64,000 bases of DNA, taken from assembly GCF_009914755.1 (NCBI RefSeq), contig NC_060947.1. The stretch is one strand, 5' to 3'. The position numbers and the translations under genes are program-made. Numbering within the stretch: the stretch's first letter is position 1; every line of letters starts with the position of its first letter. Positions 14,123 to 32,256 of the stretch are shown in pieces. The stretch comes from the human T2T-CHM13v2.0 reference genome, Homo sapiens. A model generated the notes under the pieces. It had not been told where the DNA came from and searched no databases. It saw nothing but the letters and a program-made list of their open reading frames with translations.

Positions 14123-15914
14123 GTAAGTTGAATGTATACATTTATTATGCTGATGAATTTTAAAATTTTTTTCACTTCCACAAAAGTACTTGAAGCAGAG
14201 TAAATAAATGTGCTTTGCTATTTTGTTTTGTAAAGCATTAGACATTTTGTAAGCTTTTTTGTATTCCAGTAATAGCATTCTCTACATACAAATGATGATT
14301 CAGAATTCAGCTAATAATGTACCCAGAAGCGATGTGTTTTTGTTTTTTGTTGTTTCCCTCAAGTCAAAAGGGACTTCTTTTCTTTGAATTTTGAATATTG
14401 AAAACATGAGACTTTTTTTTTGGAGTTTCAATTTTCATTTAAAATATTCTGCTTTCCTCTTTGATAACCTAGATTGATTTCATTGGTATTCAGGATAAGC
14501 ATGCATAGAGTTTTGATTAGCATATGCTAGACACATTGCTTAAGAATGTTACTCTTGTTACAAGGCTATAGGAACTTTTCAGATCAAAAACAATTTGTTT
14601 CTTAAATTAAATGTGAATATTTGCTGTAATTATGATAGTGTTAAAAACATTTTTGGAATGATTTTGTATGCTGAATCTGAAATAAATGAGCACACTTATT
14701 TTTATAAATACAAATACAACTACTGTGGTTTTATATTTTATTAAGTATATTAACTGAAGAGTGACTATTGCAGACTATGGCATTGTTCAAGACAAGTAAA
14801 ATTCTGCTAGTGTCTTTAAGCTACTCAGAATATACCTGAGAGACAAGAAGTAAAAGTAAGGAAGTGAGAAAAAAGCACTAAGGAGAGAAAAAAAAAACAA
14901 CAACAAATGTCATTGAATGTGCATGTGTGTGCGTGTGTGTGTGTGCCCATGTGTATGACCTAGTCTACCAGAAATACCCAAATTGGGGACATTTCCTGGT
15001 GAGGAATCAATATGTAGCATAAATTTGTAACATATGGTGGGATACTTTTAACTGAAACTAGTTGAAACCCATCATAATAAGTTGTGTGATTGGACCTGTT
15101 AAATCCATTTTAATAAGATGTATGATTGGGTCCACCTGGTTTTGGAAATTTCTATGTCAATCCCACCTGAAGCAGTTCTTTCATTCTTGACACTTAAAAC
15201 CAAGGCATTGGTTGCAGAGAATCAAAGCAACATTTTAAGTGACCCATCTAGAGATTAACTGTGCAGTTAACTTAGGCATATTCACCAATTATAGTTAGTG
15301 TGACATGTGATTATTCTTGTTTTTTTTTTCACTAATTTTCTTTTCATCCAAAGCCTGTAGCCTTGGATAGCTAAAGATAATCGTATGGTCTTGATTGTAG
15401 TTTGCTTTTGAATTTCCTTCTTGTTGGTTTCCATGCTTGTTTTTACTGGGCTGGTTCTCTGTTTATAGTAGCATCTTTGAAGACTTGCTGGCTGCAAGGG
15501 CTCTGTAGCATCCTCTACTCGTTTATTAATATGCCATGTTTTCTGCCATAGTTGTTGCTCTTACTTTTCTCTCTTTCATTCCCCTCTATTTATAATTGAA
15601 CATTCACTTTCTGCTTTATACTACTGAATGGCTAGTCAAGAGAACTGTGACTCTCATTTTAATTTATTTTAGTCCTCATTTTTCAGAAAAGGTATGGTAT
15701 TGTAGCTCTTGTCCTTAACCTTTTGCACTTTTGTCTGGGTATATTAATCTCTGCTGGGCTCAGTGGCCTCATGTTATTCATTTGGTTACACAGACAGCTA
15801 AGATTATGTGTCTGTGTTTCTAAGCTACACTTTTCCATTGGCCATATAGCCCTATATAAAACTTTTTGTGGTACCATGTGCTTCTTAATTTATATATTCT
15901 TTTTTAAAATTAAA

Positions 15915-16236
15915 AATAATTTTTAATTATGGATATAAAATAGTTGTATATATTTGTGTGGTAAAATTTATATTTTGATACAAGAACATGGTGTGTAATG
16001 ATCAAATCAGGGTGATTGGGATATCCATCACTTCAAGCATTCATCATTTCTTTGTGTTGGGAATATTCTAATCCTACCCTTATAGTTATTTTGTAATACA
16101 AATAATTATGAACTATAGTCACTCTATTGTGCTACTGAACACTAGATCTTATTACTTCTATCAAACTGTATTTTTGTATCCATTAACCATACCCTATTTT
16201 CCCCCACACCCTACTACCCTTTCTAACCTCTGGTAT
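15915..16236 (-). mobile_element. L1MA-type 3' end fragment
   Basis: gtgtaatgatcaaatcagggtgattgggatatccatcac...ctagatcttatt...taacctctggta; similar to the L1 3' end at 41755. Confidence 0.8.
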
Positions 16237-16440
16237 TCTTAATATATACTTCCAATTAGACTTTTCTTTATCACATCTCTTCAGTATGCCCTGCTTCTCA
16301 GATCTCAGTGATTCTTCAGCAAGATAAAAGTGGGAAGAGAAAGTTTTGGAATAGAACCTACAAGGATTCTCATAATTTTTTTTTCCTCTCTAAGACAGTA
16401 GAGCTAAATATGATTAAATATGACTCTGATTCTCAACTAA

Positions 16441-17298
<858 letters not shown>

Positions 17299-18655
17299 CG
17301 CATATACAAGAGTAGAATCATTATTCAGGCAGATAGACCTTGAGAAGATTAGCGATCATATATTTAGAACCGTAGATTTCACTACTATTGTTTTAGTTTA
17401 TCACAACTTGGGAGCAGGACAGAATGGTCATGGGTTAACATATACTACATACCTCACATGTCAACTACTATCTAACCTACTAATGAATGAAATATTTAAA
17501 TTTAAACCACTGGAATTTATAGTAACATTACATATCCTTTACATATGCAGTGAAGCTTAATAATATGGTCATAGATTGTCTTTAAAATCCTTACGTTTTC
17601 TTCTATTTATTCTTTTTTTTATATCCAGTTCTAACAAGAATTCCCTAATATTCTAGAATACAGTATATTCAAAGCAGCAAATTAGATGTGACTAGGGCTA
17701 ATATTAATTGTTGGTACATGGATGAAAAATTATATGTATCTAGAACCAGTATGAGTTGGGAAAAACTAGTTCTTAGTATTTCAGTAATCCTTGAGATCAA
17801 CACTGCAGTAGAGTGAAACTTTTTTTCATAATAATTATCAGAATCTTCAAGACAACGAATTTTTAAATTATATTCTTTAAAAATTTATTTTCAAGGTTCC
17901 TCTCATCCCTATGGTTAAATTTAGATGTTGAAAAATAGTTTGTATTTCATTTATATGGAAATTTCACGTCTGATAAATTTGCTTTAGTAATTTAGAATAA
18001 ATGAGTTGTTACAAACTCTACAGTGAATTTTAAAATAGGATTTTTTTCTGTACTTAATTTACATTGATTTCTTCTGAAATTTTCCCCATTTGCCTTTTAT
18101 TTAGTTAAATAAATTAAGAAAATATTAGTTAAATCAGATAAGCGAAGGAAAAACATAGTAAGAAATGGTGTTGGTAGGCAGTGGGCATACTTTTATCTCT
18201 TTAAAAGTCTGAGAAACTCTTTCTTGTTTTAAAGACTCAATTTTGGTTGTTTGACTGTTAATCAGCAGTGTACTGGCAATGGACTTTGATTTCCTTTGAA
18301 GTGCACTATGTTATAGAAAATTACATATTTCAGGAATTCTGCAAAAAATAATTTTAGATCTATACCGCATGTCTTTTTAAAAAATAACAAGCATAGAGTG
18401 TTTCACATAATTAATAACAGTGTGTTTCAGTAACTTTGTGATAGTTCACGTTTTAAAATATAAAACTTCAGTGATAGATTTCCATTTACTTTTATAGGAT
18501 ACCCATCTTATTATTTGTACTATGTAAAAATTTTTATTCAGTAAATGATTATTTTATCAAGAATTTATGAATATTTCAAGGCTTGACATTTTGCTGGAAG
18601 GAAGTTTCATAAAGATAAACATATATATGTGTATGTATATATGAATATATATTTA

Positions 18656-18851
18656 CAGTAAGTTCTTAGTTAATGTCATTGATAGGATCTTGCGAACTGC
18701 ACCTTGAATCAAAACCATATACAGTAGGTCCTTGAATAATGTCCTTTCATTATAACATTGATGAGAAAAGAAAATTGGTTTTGCTATACGTATTTTGCTT
18801 CAAGTTGCAGTTTCCAAGAACTACTGAGGACAATTAAATGAGGACTGACTT
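18656..18851. mobile_element. TcMar-Tigger-type MITE with long terminal inverted repeats
   Basis: CAGTAAGTTCTTAGTTAATGTC... and ...GACAATTAAATGAGGACTGACT are imperfect reverse complements; TA at the left flank. Confidence 0.7.
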
Positions 18852-20511
18852 TGATAGGTCTGGAGCATTATTAATAAAGAATATTTATAAAATACTGCAT
18901 TTACACATGTCTAAATTTTATATTGTGCTATATGTGCTCATATACTATGTATATTGTATAAATAATGTCTGGGCCTAATTAAGAACTAAATTGCACATTT
19001 AACCAGTTATTTTCACTGAAAGCATTTTAATTATGCTGACTGATTTTCATGTTTTGTAACGTTCTATGCTAATTAAATGGCAGTACTTAAATTTTTCTGT
19101 TTTTCTGAAATATTTGAAAGTGTTTAAGTTTTATGATGAATTTCTGAGAGAGAATATGTGGTGACAAGAATAAGACATACTGTAAAATGCGTGACAGGTT
19201 GTTTCTGCAGTGACCAGTGTATTGGGTTTGTCTGGCTTATGTAATTTTCTAAATAGAGTTCAGAAATCACCTGATAATATGACCCAGCAATGTTAGATGA
19301 TTTTGCATTCTAATAAATTTCTTCATTCCATTTCAAACTGGAAAACTAGAGCTAAAGCAAGTTATTACTAAAAATGAAACCAAATATAAATACATTTACT
19401 TGTTATGTTTTATATGAAATTGTGTAGAAACTAATTATTTTCATATGCTCTGCAGGTAAATTTTCAATAAATTATTATGTATGTGAGTGTTAGAAAAAAA
19501 AGCATCTAGAAATTGCTGAAATTTGTTTGGCTTCAGTAATAGCCATTACATCTCTATAATAGTTCTATTGAATAAAGATAGAAACAAGAAATGTATCCCA
19601 TTTTGTTTTATCGACCTAATTTGAAGTACACCATGCTTGCATTTCCTTTTAGAGTTCAAGCTCAGCTCTGAAAATCCTAGTCCCACTTTCGGTATCACCC
19701 TTGAGCATCCACAGTTGTGATTATCGATTTGGGTTTTGAAAGCTGCAACTTAATGGACACATATTAAAAGATATTCCAGGTGATATATATTGAGCCCAAC
19801 AATCTCTAGTGTGGCATGCTTCTAAATTTTTTATACTATTATTATGAAAATTATCAGAGGTTTGTAATGCATGTGCTTATAATGTATTACAAAAACATAA
19901 CTTTTATGCCCAAGTTGGTATTTTGTGATTTAGCTAAGCAAAAATATAAGGTGGGGGAGGAGGTTAGATGTACAGCTTAATAAAAAGTCCAAACGCCTTT
20001 TTGCTTTAAAATCACAAAATAGCTTTTAAAATAAATGTGTTTATACATCTTTTCAAGCCATACTTGGGACTGTTGTGCTTGAATATATCCTTGCATTTGT
20101 TCTTCATTAATACAATTGATTTGTATTTGCATTTTTTGCCAGAGGCATATGTGAATGTTCTGACTGCATGAGTTCTTTTGCAATCTTTGATTAGTGTGTT
20201 TAGTCAAAATGACAGCATTTAATTTGGGTTGTTAGCAATTAGTTTTTTTCTGTTGTAGAACTGATCGTTAATTTTTTAATGTGAATAATCAAAATGTAGG
20301 GCATGGAAAAAATGAAGTGAATGCAATGAGGTCCTTTTATGTTGAAACAGAAAAATTTAGCTACAATTACTTTCAGAAAACCAAGTGCCCGCATAAATAT
20401 TTGAAATTGCTTCTGTGTTTATAAATGAATAATTGTGTTCTGCCCTTTATTACCTAAATATGCCGTTGTCAAACTGTTATTCATGTGTTAAATTTTATGT
20501 TTATATATTAG

Positions 20512-20630
20512 GATCTAAAAGAAAAAGAGAATGATGAGCTTGATATTCAGTTGAAAGTATTTGATGAAAACAAAGAAGATGACCTAACTGAATTATCACA
20601 CCGTCTCAATGACATTCGAGCAGAAATGGA
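20512..20630 (+). CDS. DIAPH2: DIAPH2 coding exon (FH3): DLKEKENDELDIQLKVFDENKEDDLTELSHRLNDIRAEM(D)
   Basis: TTAG acceptor; 119 nt; ends at GA|ATATCCTTT (U12-type donor); the frame joins 22545 to give ...AEMDDMNEV. Confidence 0.95.
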
Positions 20631-22662
<2,032 letters not shown>

Positions 22663-22753
22663 TAAGAGGCAGTTCTGAGAGTACTATATTTATAATTTGA
22701 ATCGGATATTAAAGGAAAATGAACAATGTAGTGGGGCCTAAGCAATATATGCA

Positions 22754-22894
22754 TATGTGTGTGTGTGTATATATATATATATATGTATATATATATGTAT
22801 ATATATATGTATGTATATATATATATGTATATATATGTATGTATATATGTATATATATATATGTGTGTGTGTGTGTATATGTGTGTGTGTATAT

Positions 22895-22939
<45 letters not shown>
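22754..22939. repeat. Compound (TG)n(TA)n(CA)n microsatellite
   Basis: About 185 nt of alternating purine-pyrimidine sequence, seen directly. Confidence 0.97.
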
Positions 22940-22947
22940 GGGTATAA

Positions 22948-23284
<337 letters not shown>

Positions 23285-25319
23285 CAGGTAACATTTTTTA
23301 AAAGGTGTTCATTTTTTAAATTTGGCCAGAAGAGACAGATGCACTTGTAAAAATGGGGTACTCCAGCGACAGGACTTTGGTAGCAATGAACCCAACAGAT
23401 TGCACTGGCCCTGCAATGAATTTTCTTTGCTAGATAGTGATATCACAGAAAAAGCACTGAAGATTCTGGGATAGAACTTTAAAGGTTTTATCTTGTGCAT
23501 ATTAAGTAAGGTTTTACTGTTATTTCTCTTTTTACAGTATTTATCTACTAATAAATGTGATCTTAACATCTAAGAAAATAAAAGTGCTAATATTTCAGTT
23601 TTATGTCTAGTAGTGTCATCCTTCAAAATAAATGAGTATGAAAATAACCATTAAAGTTAAAAGTTTTAGAATCTAGTTAACTGGGAATATATCGGAAAAC
23701 CACAAAGTTATGAAAAGGCTTCTGAGTGACTGAAATTATCCACAGACTGGTGACCATGATGTTACATTTAACTGTTCAAGAGACTCTTAGTTGTTCTTCA
23801 TACTCTGATTTGCGTGAAATTCTGACAACCTAGGTTCTTTGATTTCTCAAAACCTGCTTGATTAAATGGAAAAGGAAAGCTACCATGAGGTCAGCACAGT
23901 CTCAACAAAAATTACAACTGTAAAGCAGCATAGAGAACTATTATAGTTCAGACCAGTACAGTAATTTGTTGGGCATCGTGACATTACAGAGAGATAAAAA
24001 ATGTTTAAAATATTAAATTGTGTGCTGTTTTTTAAGCAACAAGGCTGGTTATACGTTAAAAATTATTGTTGTATTTTTAATTAAGTTCTAACAAATTTAA
24101 AAGGGGTACTGTGCCCAAAGGTACTCAGTTACCTGGGGAACATCATTTATGTGAAAGTATCCATTTCTCAGCAACTATGAATAAATAAGAAGTTATCCTC
24201 ATATGGCATGTTTTTCATCCTAAGAACATCCATGTGAGGCAGAAGTGTGACAAGCATTTTATTCCACTTAGGGATGATTAACCTGGCCCCAGCTGTGTTT
24301 TCCTTATTTAACCATTGACTAGACTGAGGTTATAATCCAATATTATTTACTCTAGACCCGAAGATGACTTGAAAAAAACCAGATTTGTAATATGTATTAC
24401 TATTTATTCTTATTCTTGGGACCAGACCCATTACTAAAGACATAGAAGAGCAATTAGAGTCTATTTGGCTTCATTTACAAACTTTTAGTAGGTTGGCTAT
24501 TTATCAGCACACTATATTTAGGGAAGTTTATATCATAATTTGTCTATAGTCGTACTTCTTACTACTGATTTTTCTCTGTTGAATTTATTATCCTTTGACA
24601 AATACTAAATCTTACCCAAATTTTAATGCAAAAGTGCCTTTTAAAAAATTTTGCAGTATGTGAGTGGTCATTTTTAAGGCCAGAATTACGCTGATGGATT
24701 ACAGAATTAGGATATGTTTTAAAACCTCTGACACTTTAAACAAATTGAAGCAATAGCCATGCATATTAAGTGTGTATGCTTTTATAAAATGGGTCTTTTA
24801 AAATGTGTTGCATAAATAGATCCTTGGATAGTCTTGTAATATAAGTGGCTCTGTCCAGTTTTGTAAGCTGTTATAGCTATCTTGACTAAAAGTGCTGTAG
24901 TAAATTCAAGACATTGCTTGCCACGTAATGTGAAGAAACTCATCCCTTATTGAAATTGAGAACCTGTGGATGCGTAGAACCATTTCTGTATCCATGAATG
25001 TAGGACTAATGGCTCATTTGTTTTTATTAACTTTAGAAACAATAGCATAAGTAAATAGAAAAGGTTGATAAGTATCTTTCAACACAAGCATGAATCCCTG
25101 CAAACTAGATTATGAAGTCACTAGATGTAGTTGATTACATCACAATGGGTTTGGTACTGTAACACCCAGACCATCCTTAAGCTTAGGCATGCTTGTCCTA
25201 AGGAAGTGTAGTGGCTGCAGGATTTTTTAAAACAACTCCAGAAAAAAGACCTAGTTCTTCTAATATGTTGAATGTTTTCTAAAGCAAATTGATCTGCATG
25301 GTTAGAAAGGCATTCATGA

Positions 25320-25523
<204 letters not shown>

Positions 25524-27669
25524 TAAGTGAAGAAGTTCAGTAAGAAGCTTCAGTTCTTACTGAACTTCTATTCATATCTGGTAAATCATTGTGTCTCTGG
25601 GCACTCAATTGCTGTAATTGTTAATTATAATGATCATGAGAGTTCTGCCTGTGTGATTAGAAATATTAACCTGTTTAATAAGTTCCAACACTCCTGGAGG
25701 TAGTTTAAGCTTAGTGTTCCACAAAAACCCATTACATTATTATAGATGAATGCATTACTATTTAGAAACATGACTCTGAAATCTTTTCATTTTATACTGG
25801 TACCTTAGTGGTCTTGTAGAAATCATGTATACAATGGGGTCTCATTATAGTTATGTTATTAATGCCCAAGTTTTAGAAAAGAAATACAGGCTCATTTCAA
25901 TAGCTTGAGACCTTCTAAGGGTATCAAATGGATCAATTTATATTTTCATAGACCTTAGAGTTAGAAAGAATTTGAGGTGATCATATTCATCTCCTTAGAT
26001 TGCTGAGGAAATGACTTTATATCATCCTAGACTGGTAGTTAGCAGTACTTTTCAGAACAACCTCTGAAGGATGATCTGAACCTTCCCTTGTGAAATGTGC
26101 TATGCTATCTAGCCTTATGGCTAAGCAGTCTTATTTATACTTAATTGGAATCACTATTGTTAAGGTTTAAGCATGAACTCATTTGTCTTATATTTAAAGA
26201 AAGAAAACAACTATTATATGCCAATTATATATTATTTTTGACTCCACAGCACAAGGCAGATACACAGTAACATTCAAAGATGGATAACTTATTATTTATG
26301 TATTATTTCTGTTTTAAATGTAATGCATACTTATTTCAGGCAATCCAGAGACTTACATAAGTGACAAACCACCAATCACATTCGTGATCGCTCCCTTTTC
26401 AGCTTGGTACATTTCCTTATATCTCTTTCTCTATGACCTATCTATCTCTCTGTATGCTGATTTTTCTTGGAACTTTATATTATGAGAGTTTTTCCACATT
26501 AACCTTCAAAATGTGACTTTTAATGTCTGTATAATATTCCATTTTGTGAAATACCATAGTCGTTGTAACCAGTCCTTTCTTTTTGTGCGTTCATAATTGC
26601 TTTTAGATTTTCACAGTTATAAATGAATGTGCTGTCAACATTCTTGTATATAAATGTTTGGCTTTTTCTCACTATTTCCTTAGGATTGATTTCTGTAAGT
26701 GAGGGTATGAACTTTCAAAAAGCCAAATGCTTTTCAGAAAGCTTGTGCCAATTTACCCAGAAGTGATTGTGAATTTTAGCCTCATTGCATATTTTTCAAT
26801 GAGTTTGAAAAACAAGTTTATTTTGCATTTTGTTGAGGGAGTCATAAGGGACTATTTTCAAATATGTATATTAGCTTATAATCCATTATAGACCATAGTT
26901 AGGACACATACACTATTGTTGATTTTGATCTTATTAATCTTAAACATGGAGTCATTGTCACCTCTCACATAATAAACTATAGTTTTTTGAAGTATTTTAT
27001 AGTTGAAAAATAATTGAATACCTATAAAAAATAATAATTTAGTCAAGTAGTATTCAGTATTCAACAGACGTTTGTTTTGTGTACTGTGTACCAGGTACTT
27101 ATGATTCTTTACTATTAATCAAAAGTGTTGGGTGAGGAGAGACGAACGGATCAGGTGAGAGAGGATAGTCAGCATCATAAACCCATTGTGATGTTATCCA
27201 CATGTCATCTCTGCGACTGTGAACAAATCATTTAACTTCTCTAGGTTTTAGTTTCCTCAACTTTAAAATTGAATAAGTCACATATATGAGTGGCTCTTAA
27301 TATTTTATGTTCAAAATCCTTTGTGAGAAGTTGACAAATACTTGGAACTTTGATTAGAACACACATATGTTCATGTACACAAAAAATTATCAGGTGCTTC
27401 AAGAACTTCTAGGAAACCCATGGATCTGTATTTCAAGATGACTTGGACCTGAAGAGATTAGTCTCTTGTAATTTAACAATTCTTTGAGTCTGATATCTTT
27501 CATAAATCAGATCGTATCAGATCTCTGCCTGAAACTCTCTGATGCCTTTCCATTGAAATTTAAATTCTAAATCATTACCAGCCATGGCTAGGACAGCTTA
27601 GATTCGGCTGTTCTTTGACTTCGTCATTTCCTACTTTCCTCCTCAGTTGCTTTAAACAAACAAACAAAC

Positions 27670-28240
27670 AAACCAGCTTTATTGAGGTACATTTGATGTA
27701 AGAAAAACTACCCATATTTAAGGTATACAATTTGATAAATTTTGCTATTAATATAGACACTTAAAACCATCATCAAAATCAAGATAATAATCCTGTTACC
27801 CCCTAACTGCATTGTCCTTTTAGTTCTTTCTTTCCATGTCTACCACATCTTCCCATCCTGGGATATTACTGATCTCTCTCTTACTAGTTACATTTTATAG
27901 TCTCTCTCATTAGTTGCATTTTTTAAAATTTTATAAAAATAGAAACATACAGCATATATACTTTTTGCCTGTCTTCTTGCCTTCAGCATAATTATTTTGA
28001 GATTCATTCATGTTGTTGTATTGCATGTATCAATAGTTCATTCCTTTATATTGCTGAGTAGTATTCCAGCTTATGGATATACCATAGTTTGTTTATGTAT
28101 ACACTTGTTGATGGCCATTTAGGTTCTTTCGAGTTTGGGATTACTATAAATAAAACTGCTGTGAATATTCACATAAATTCTGGGTACTGGTATATGTTTT
28201 TATTTCTTTTTGATAAATAAGTGTGGAATGGCTAGATACA
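27670..28240 (-). mobile_element. Old L1 (L1MC/ME-like) 3' fragment
   Basis: cagctttattgaggtac...cagcataattattttgagattcattcatgttgttg...atcaatagttcattcctttatattgctgagtagtattcc. Confidence 0.75.
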
Positions 28241-28848
28241 GAATAGAGTTTATATATACATAAAATAATGAGAGATACAATATTGCCCAAAAGTTGTTTA
28301 TATTCTGAAGTGTTTGATTTGACCTGAGAAGTTTGAAGTTAGTTTCCTTATGTACATGATACATTTTGCCCCAGATCAGAAGTTAAGTAAAAATCTTTTC
28401 ATGAAGAAGCCTGAATTATCGAATGTTATTCTGTCTCTCTCTAGCTTTTTTGTAGGACAATTTTGAATCTTGCTAAGACTATTCATATCTTATTAATATT
28501 ATTAAGGTTACACATGGAGTCTTTGCCACCTCTCCACCCATAATAAACCATAGGATTCTGAAGTGTTTTGTAGTTCAAAAATAATTGAATACCCATAAAA
28601 ATAATTTAATGAAATATATTTTTAGATGCTTGGTTTTGTGCCTCCACAATACTATCAGTGAATTCAGTTTGTATGCTAAAGAAAGAATATATGATTTTTA
28701 TGTTTTATGTATAGTATAGGTCAATTTCCATTTAATAAGGGTTGACATAAAAATGATAGTCTGCATTGCAGAGTTATAGGCTAGAAGACGTCTTTTGTCT
28801 AGTGATCTCATGCCATAATTTCGAATCACTTTTGTTTGATCTTAATAG

Positions 28849-28913
28849 ATTCTTGTGTGAACAAGGCGAAAGTTGAAGAAAGTGAACAAAAAGCTGCAGA
28901 GTTTTCAAAGAAG
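28849..28913 (+). CDS. DIAPH2: DIAPH2 coding exon: SCVNKAKVEESEQKAAEFSKK
   Basis: TAATAG acceptor; AAG|GTAAGC donor; 65 nt phase 1 to 0, consistent with both neighbouring exons. Confidence 0.93.
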
Positions 28914-31585
28914 GTAAGCTTATAAAATATTAGCCATAATCGTTAGGTTAATAATTTAATCACAGTAATACTCTACCTTCTTTATTAATATGAGGGCTTC
29001 TAAATGTTTCATTTATGTAGTACTTTATACTTTTGGGTTCAAACATAGCCGTGGAATATTGATTTATTTCCTTATAAGGTAAGGTTGCTATTGTTCCCTC
29101 ATCATCATGTTTAATCCATTATGGAAGAAAAACACTAGCCACATTATACTAAAGTGATACATGAAATAAAATTACATTGCTGAAAGGGTATAGTTGGAAG
29201 CAATCAACCAAAATAAATTCTCCCTTTGCTTTCTTGCAGCTGTCGCTTGCAATAGGTAGCTCTTTGGAGAACTGTGAGATGTTTAGCTAGTCTTTTCTGT
29301 TGTGGTCTTTTATGTCAGTGCTATTGATAGTACCAACATGTTGCAGTGTTTTCTCTCTTTCTCACTCTCTTTCTCTCTGTTTAGACTTAGCTTCTTTGAA
29401 TTTCATAATTATCATTTTGTAAGTGATGCTGCTACTTCATGTAGGCCTGGTGGAATTTGAGGATCCCTTTTCTTTCTGTGTTAATGTCTTAAATGCCTTT
29501 GAGTAAATGCCAGCTTTGTGAATATCCGAATTGTATTCAGATCTAAGCTTGTCTTTTCCTTGTTTCATGGAAGCATAGCTATAATTTTATTAGCTTCTAC
29601 CACAAGTTTCTCTTTTTTTGTTCTAGAGCCTATTAAGCATTAGTATAGTATTTCTGTCCTGTTGTGTGCAGCCAGAAGGATTGAAGCACATGTCTAAAAG
29701 CTCTCCAGTTTTCAGCCTTCTCTCAGCAAGATAATGTGCTTACATATTGCTGTCTCTTCAAAGTTATGACTTACCTTGGAGATTAGATAATCACTTTTGC
29801 TATCACTCTAGAAATTATAGAGTATTACTGAAGAAGTTACTTCAGGGCATCTGAAGAAATATCTTTGCTCTTTTAGTTACTAGAATAGATTCTAAGAGCT
29901 TGAGCATAAAATGTTTGTGTGGAGCTGTCATTTTTATTGGTGAAAGAAAATGCATGCTTTTTGATTAATAGACCTTCATATTTCTAATGTTCTTGTTTTA
30001 AGTAGCACATTTAAAATTCCCTTTGAAAAACCTTAGAATCTCCTTAAGTTTTGGCTGGCACTGTGATTAGACACTGCAAGACTGGAGCAAATTGTGATTA
30101 TCTGTCTGGTAAAGTTTTTTTGTGAGCATATATATTATGGAAAAAGGAGTCCTAAAGTAATAGAAAAGAAATTTCAGTGTTTGATGCTTTAGTGTCATCA
30201 CCAACATTTAGAATGAAAACATGTATGGTCTCCCAGTGGTTAGCTACATGCATCCCCTTGTTCTGGGTCATTTTAAGAGGCAGTATAAAGTCATTTTTTA
30301 ACAAGTACTAGAATGAGAGGCAGTAGTTGTGAGATCTGATCTCAGCTTTTCCACTAATTAGCTGTGACTTTGGGTAAGCCACTTACTCTCTTTAGATCTT
30401 AGTTTCTTCATCATTAAAAGGAAAGAATAAAATTAGCGGACTTGTAAGAAGACCTCTTCCAGCTCACATATTTCAGGCTTCTGTGATCCCCGTTTGCTGT
30501 GTTTGCAGATTAAGGTAATTTTAAATTAAAAGCAGAAACATTGTGTGCCTCTCCTCCAACATACTAATAAACCATTTTTAGAGGAAAAAATGTGTATAGT
30601 GTGCTTGTGTAGGTGCCATGATTTAGAAGCACATAGGAGAAGCTAACTTTAGGAGTGGGGATGGGAGTACAGATTGAGATAAATCTTAACACGGATAGTA
30701 GTAAAGGCAAACAAGCTCACATTGGAGGATATCCATCTTCTTAATGAAGTAGGAAAACGAGGTCATTGACTGAAGGATATATGGATCCTTCACTCCAAGG
30801 ATCTGGGGTAGGTTTGAAATTTAAAGAAATTAGAGAATATTTGGGCCAGGATCTGTGGGACATTTTCCCGGGATTCAAGGAGAGATGAATAAAAGCATTT
30901 CAGGTTCGACCCAAACAGTATTATTATCCAGTTTGCTCACCCACTCTTCAGACTTAGATCAGAATGGCATTTTATAATTTCCAAAGGTCAAAGCTACTAT
31001 GAGGATGAATATTTGTTAACAGTGAACATACTTTTGCATTGTTCCACAAACTCTTAAGATGGTTTTGGGCAGTAGATGTATCACTTTTAGAAACAGAAAT
31101 AACATTGTTAGAATAATGTATAGACTTCTAAATTGACTTGAAACAACATTGACAATAAAGGGCAAATAAAATGTTCTATAGCCAGTCCCAGGCAGTATTC
31201 ACTGGAAATATGCAGGCAGGTTTGTGCCTGCTTAGAGCCCTGTCTGAGGTAAGGGCTAAGGCAGGATACAGTGAATAAATATTAACCATTCAGTCTTTTT
31301 GGCTTAGCACCCCATATTTTAACCTCTAGTTTTTCCTCTCATAACATGCTATACAAATGTTTTGGTTAACCATCTGAATGAGACTGCTATTAGGGCATCC
31401 TACTGTCAGAGTTTGTGAAGTACTGCTTTATGGATTCTAGACAACTAAGATTGTAATAGAAACAATTCCAATTTGTATTAATATACGTACATTTGAGCAT
31501 TCTAAAAGTGCAGTTTCTTTTCAAGATTAAATATAGTTAAGGAGTTGAAACTGCTTGATGGTTTATTTTTAGATTTCATTTTCTA

Positions 31586-31918
<333 letters not shown>

Positions 31919-32256
31919 TTAAAATTATTAATTCTAAAATTGAATTTTCATTACCAAAACAATAAAAATGTTCATTATGTGTGAAGAGAGACTTTTCAGT
32001 CTACCTTTTTGTCTTTGTATTTTTTTTCAGAAGTGAAAATGTGTTTTCTTACCTTGGGTAGGGGGCATATTTCTTCTTTACTACCCCACCTCCACTTGGA
32101 TACTTAATTGTTATGAAAATAATTACAAGCTGTGATTTTCTGAGTGATCTGGGAATTCAACTAAGTAAAAACCACTCCACTTATTTAATACATAATGTTC
32201 TTTAAAGCGTTCTGAAAACTATATTATTAACTGTACATTGATGGTGATCATTGCAG

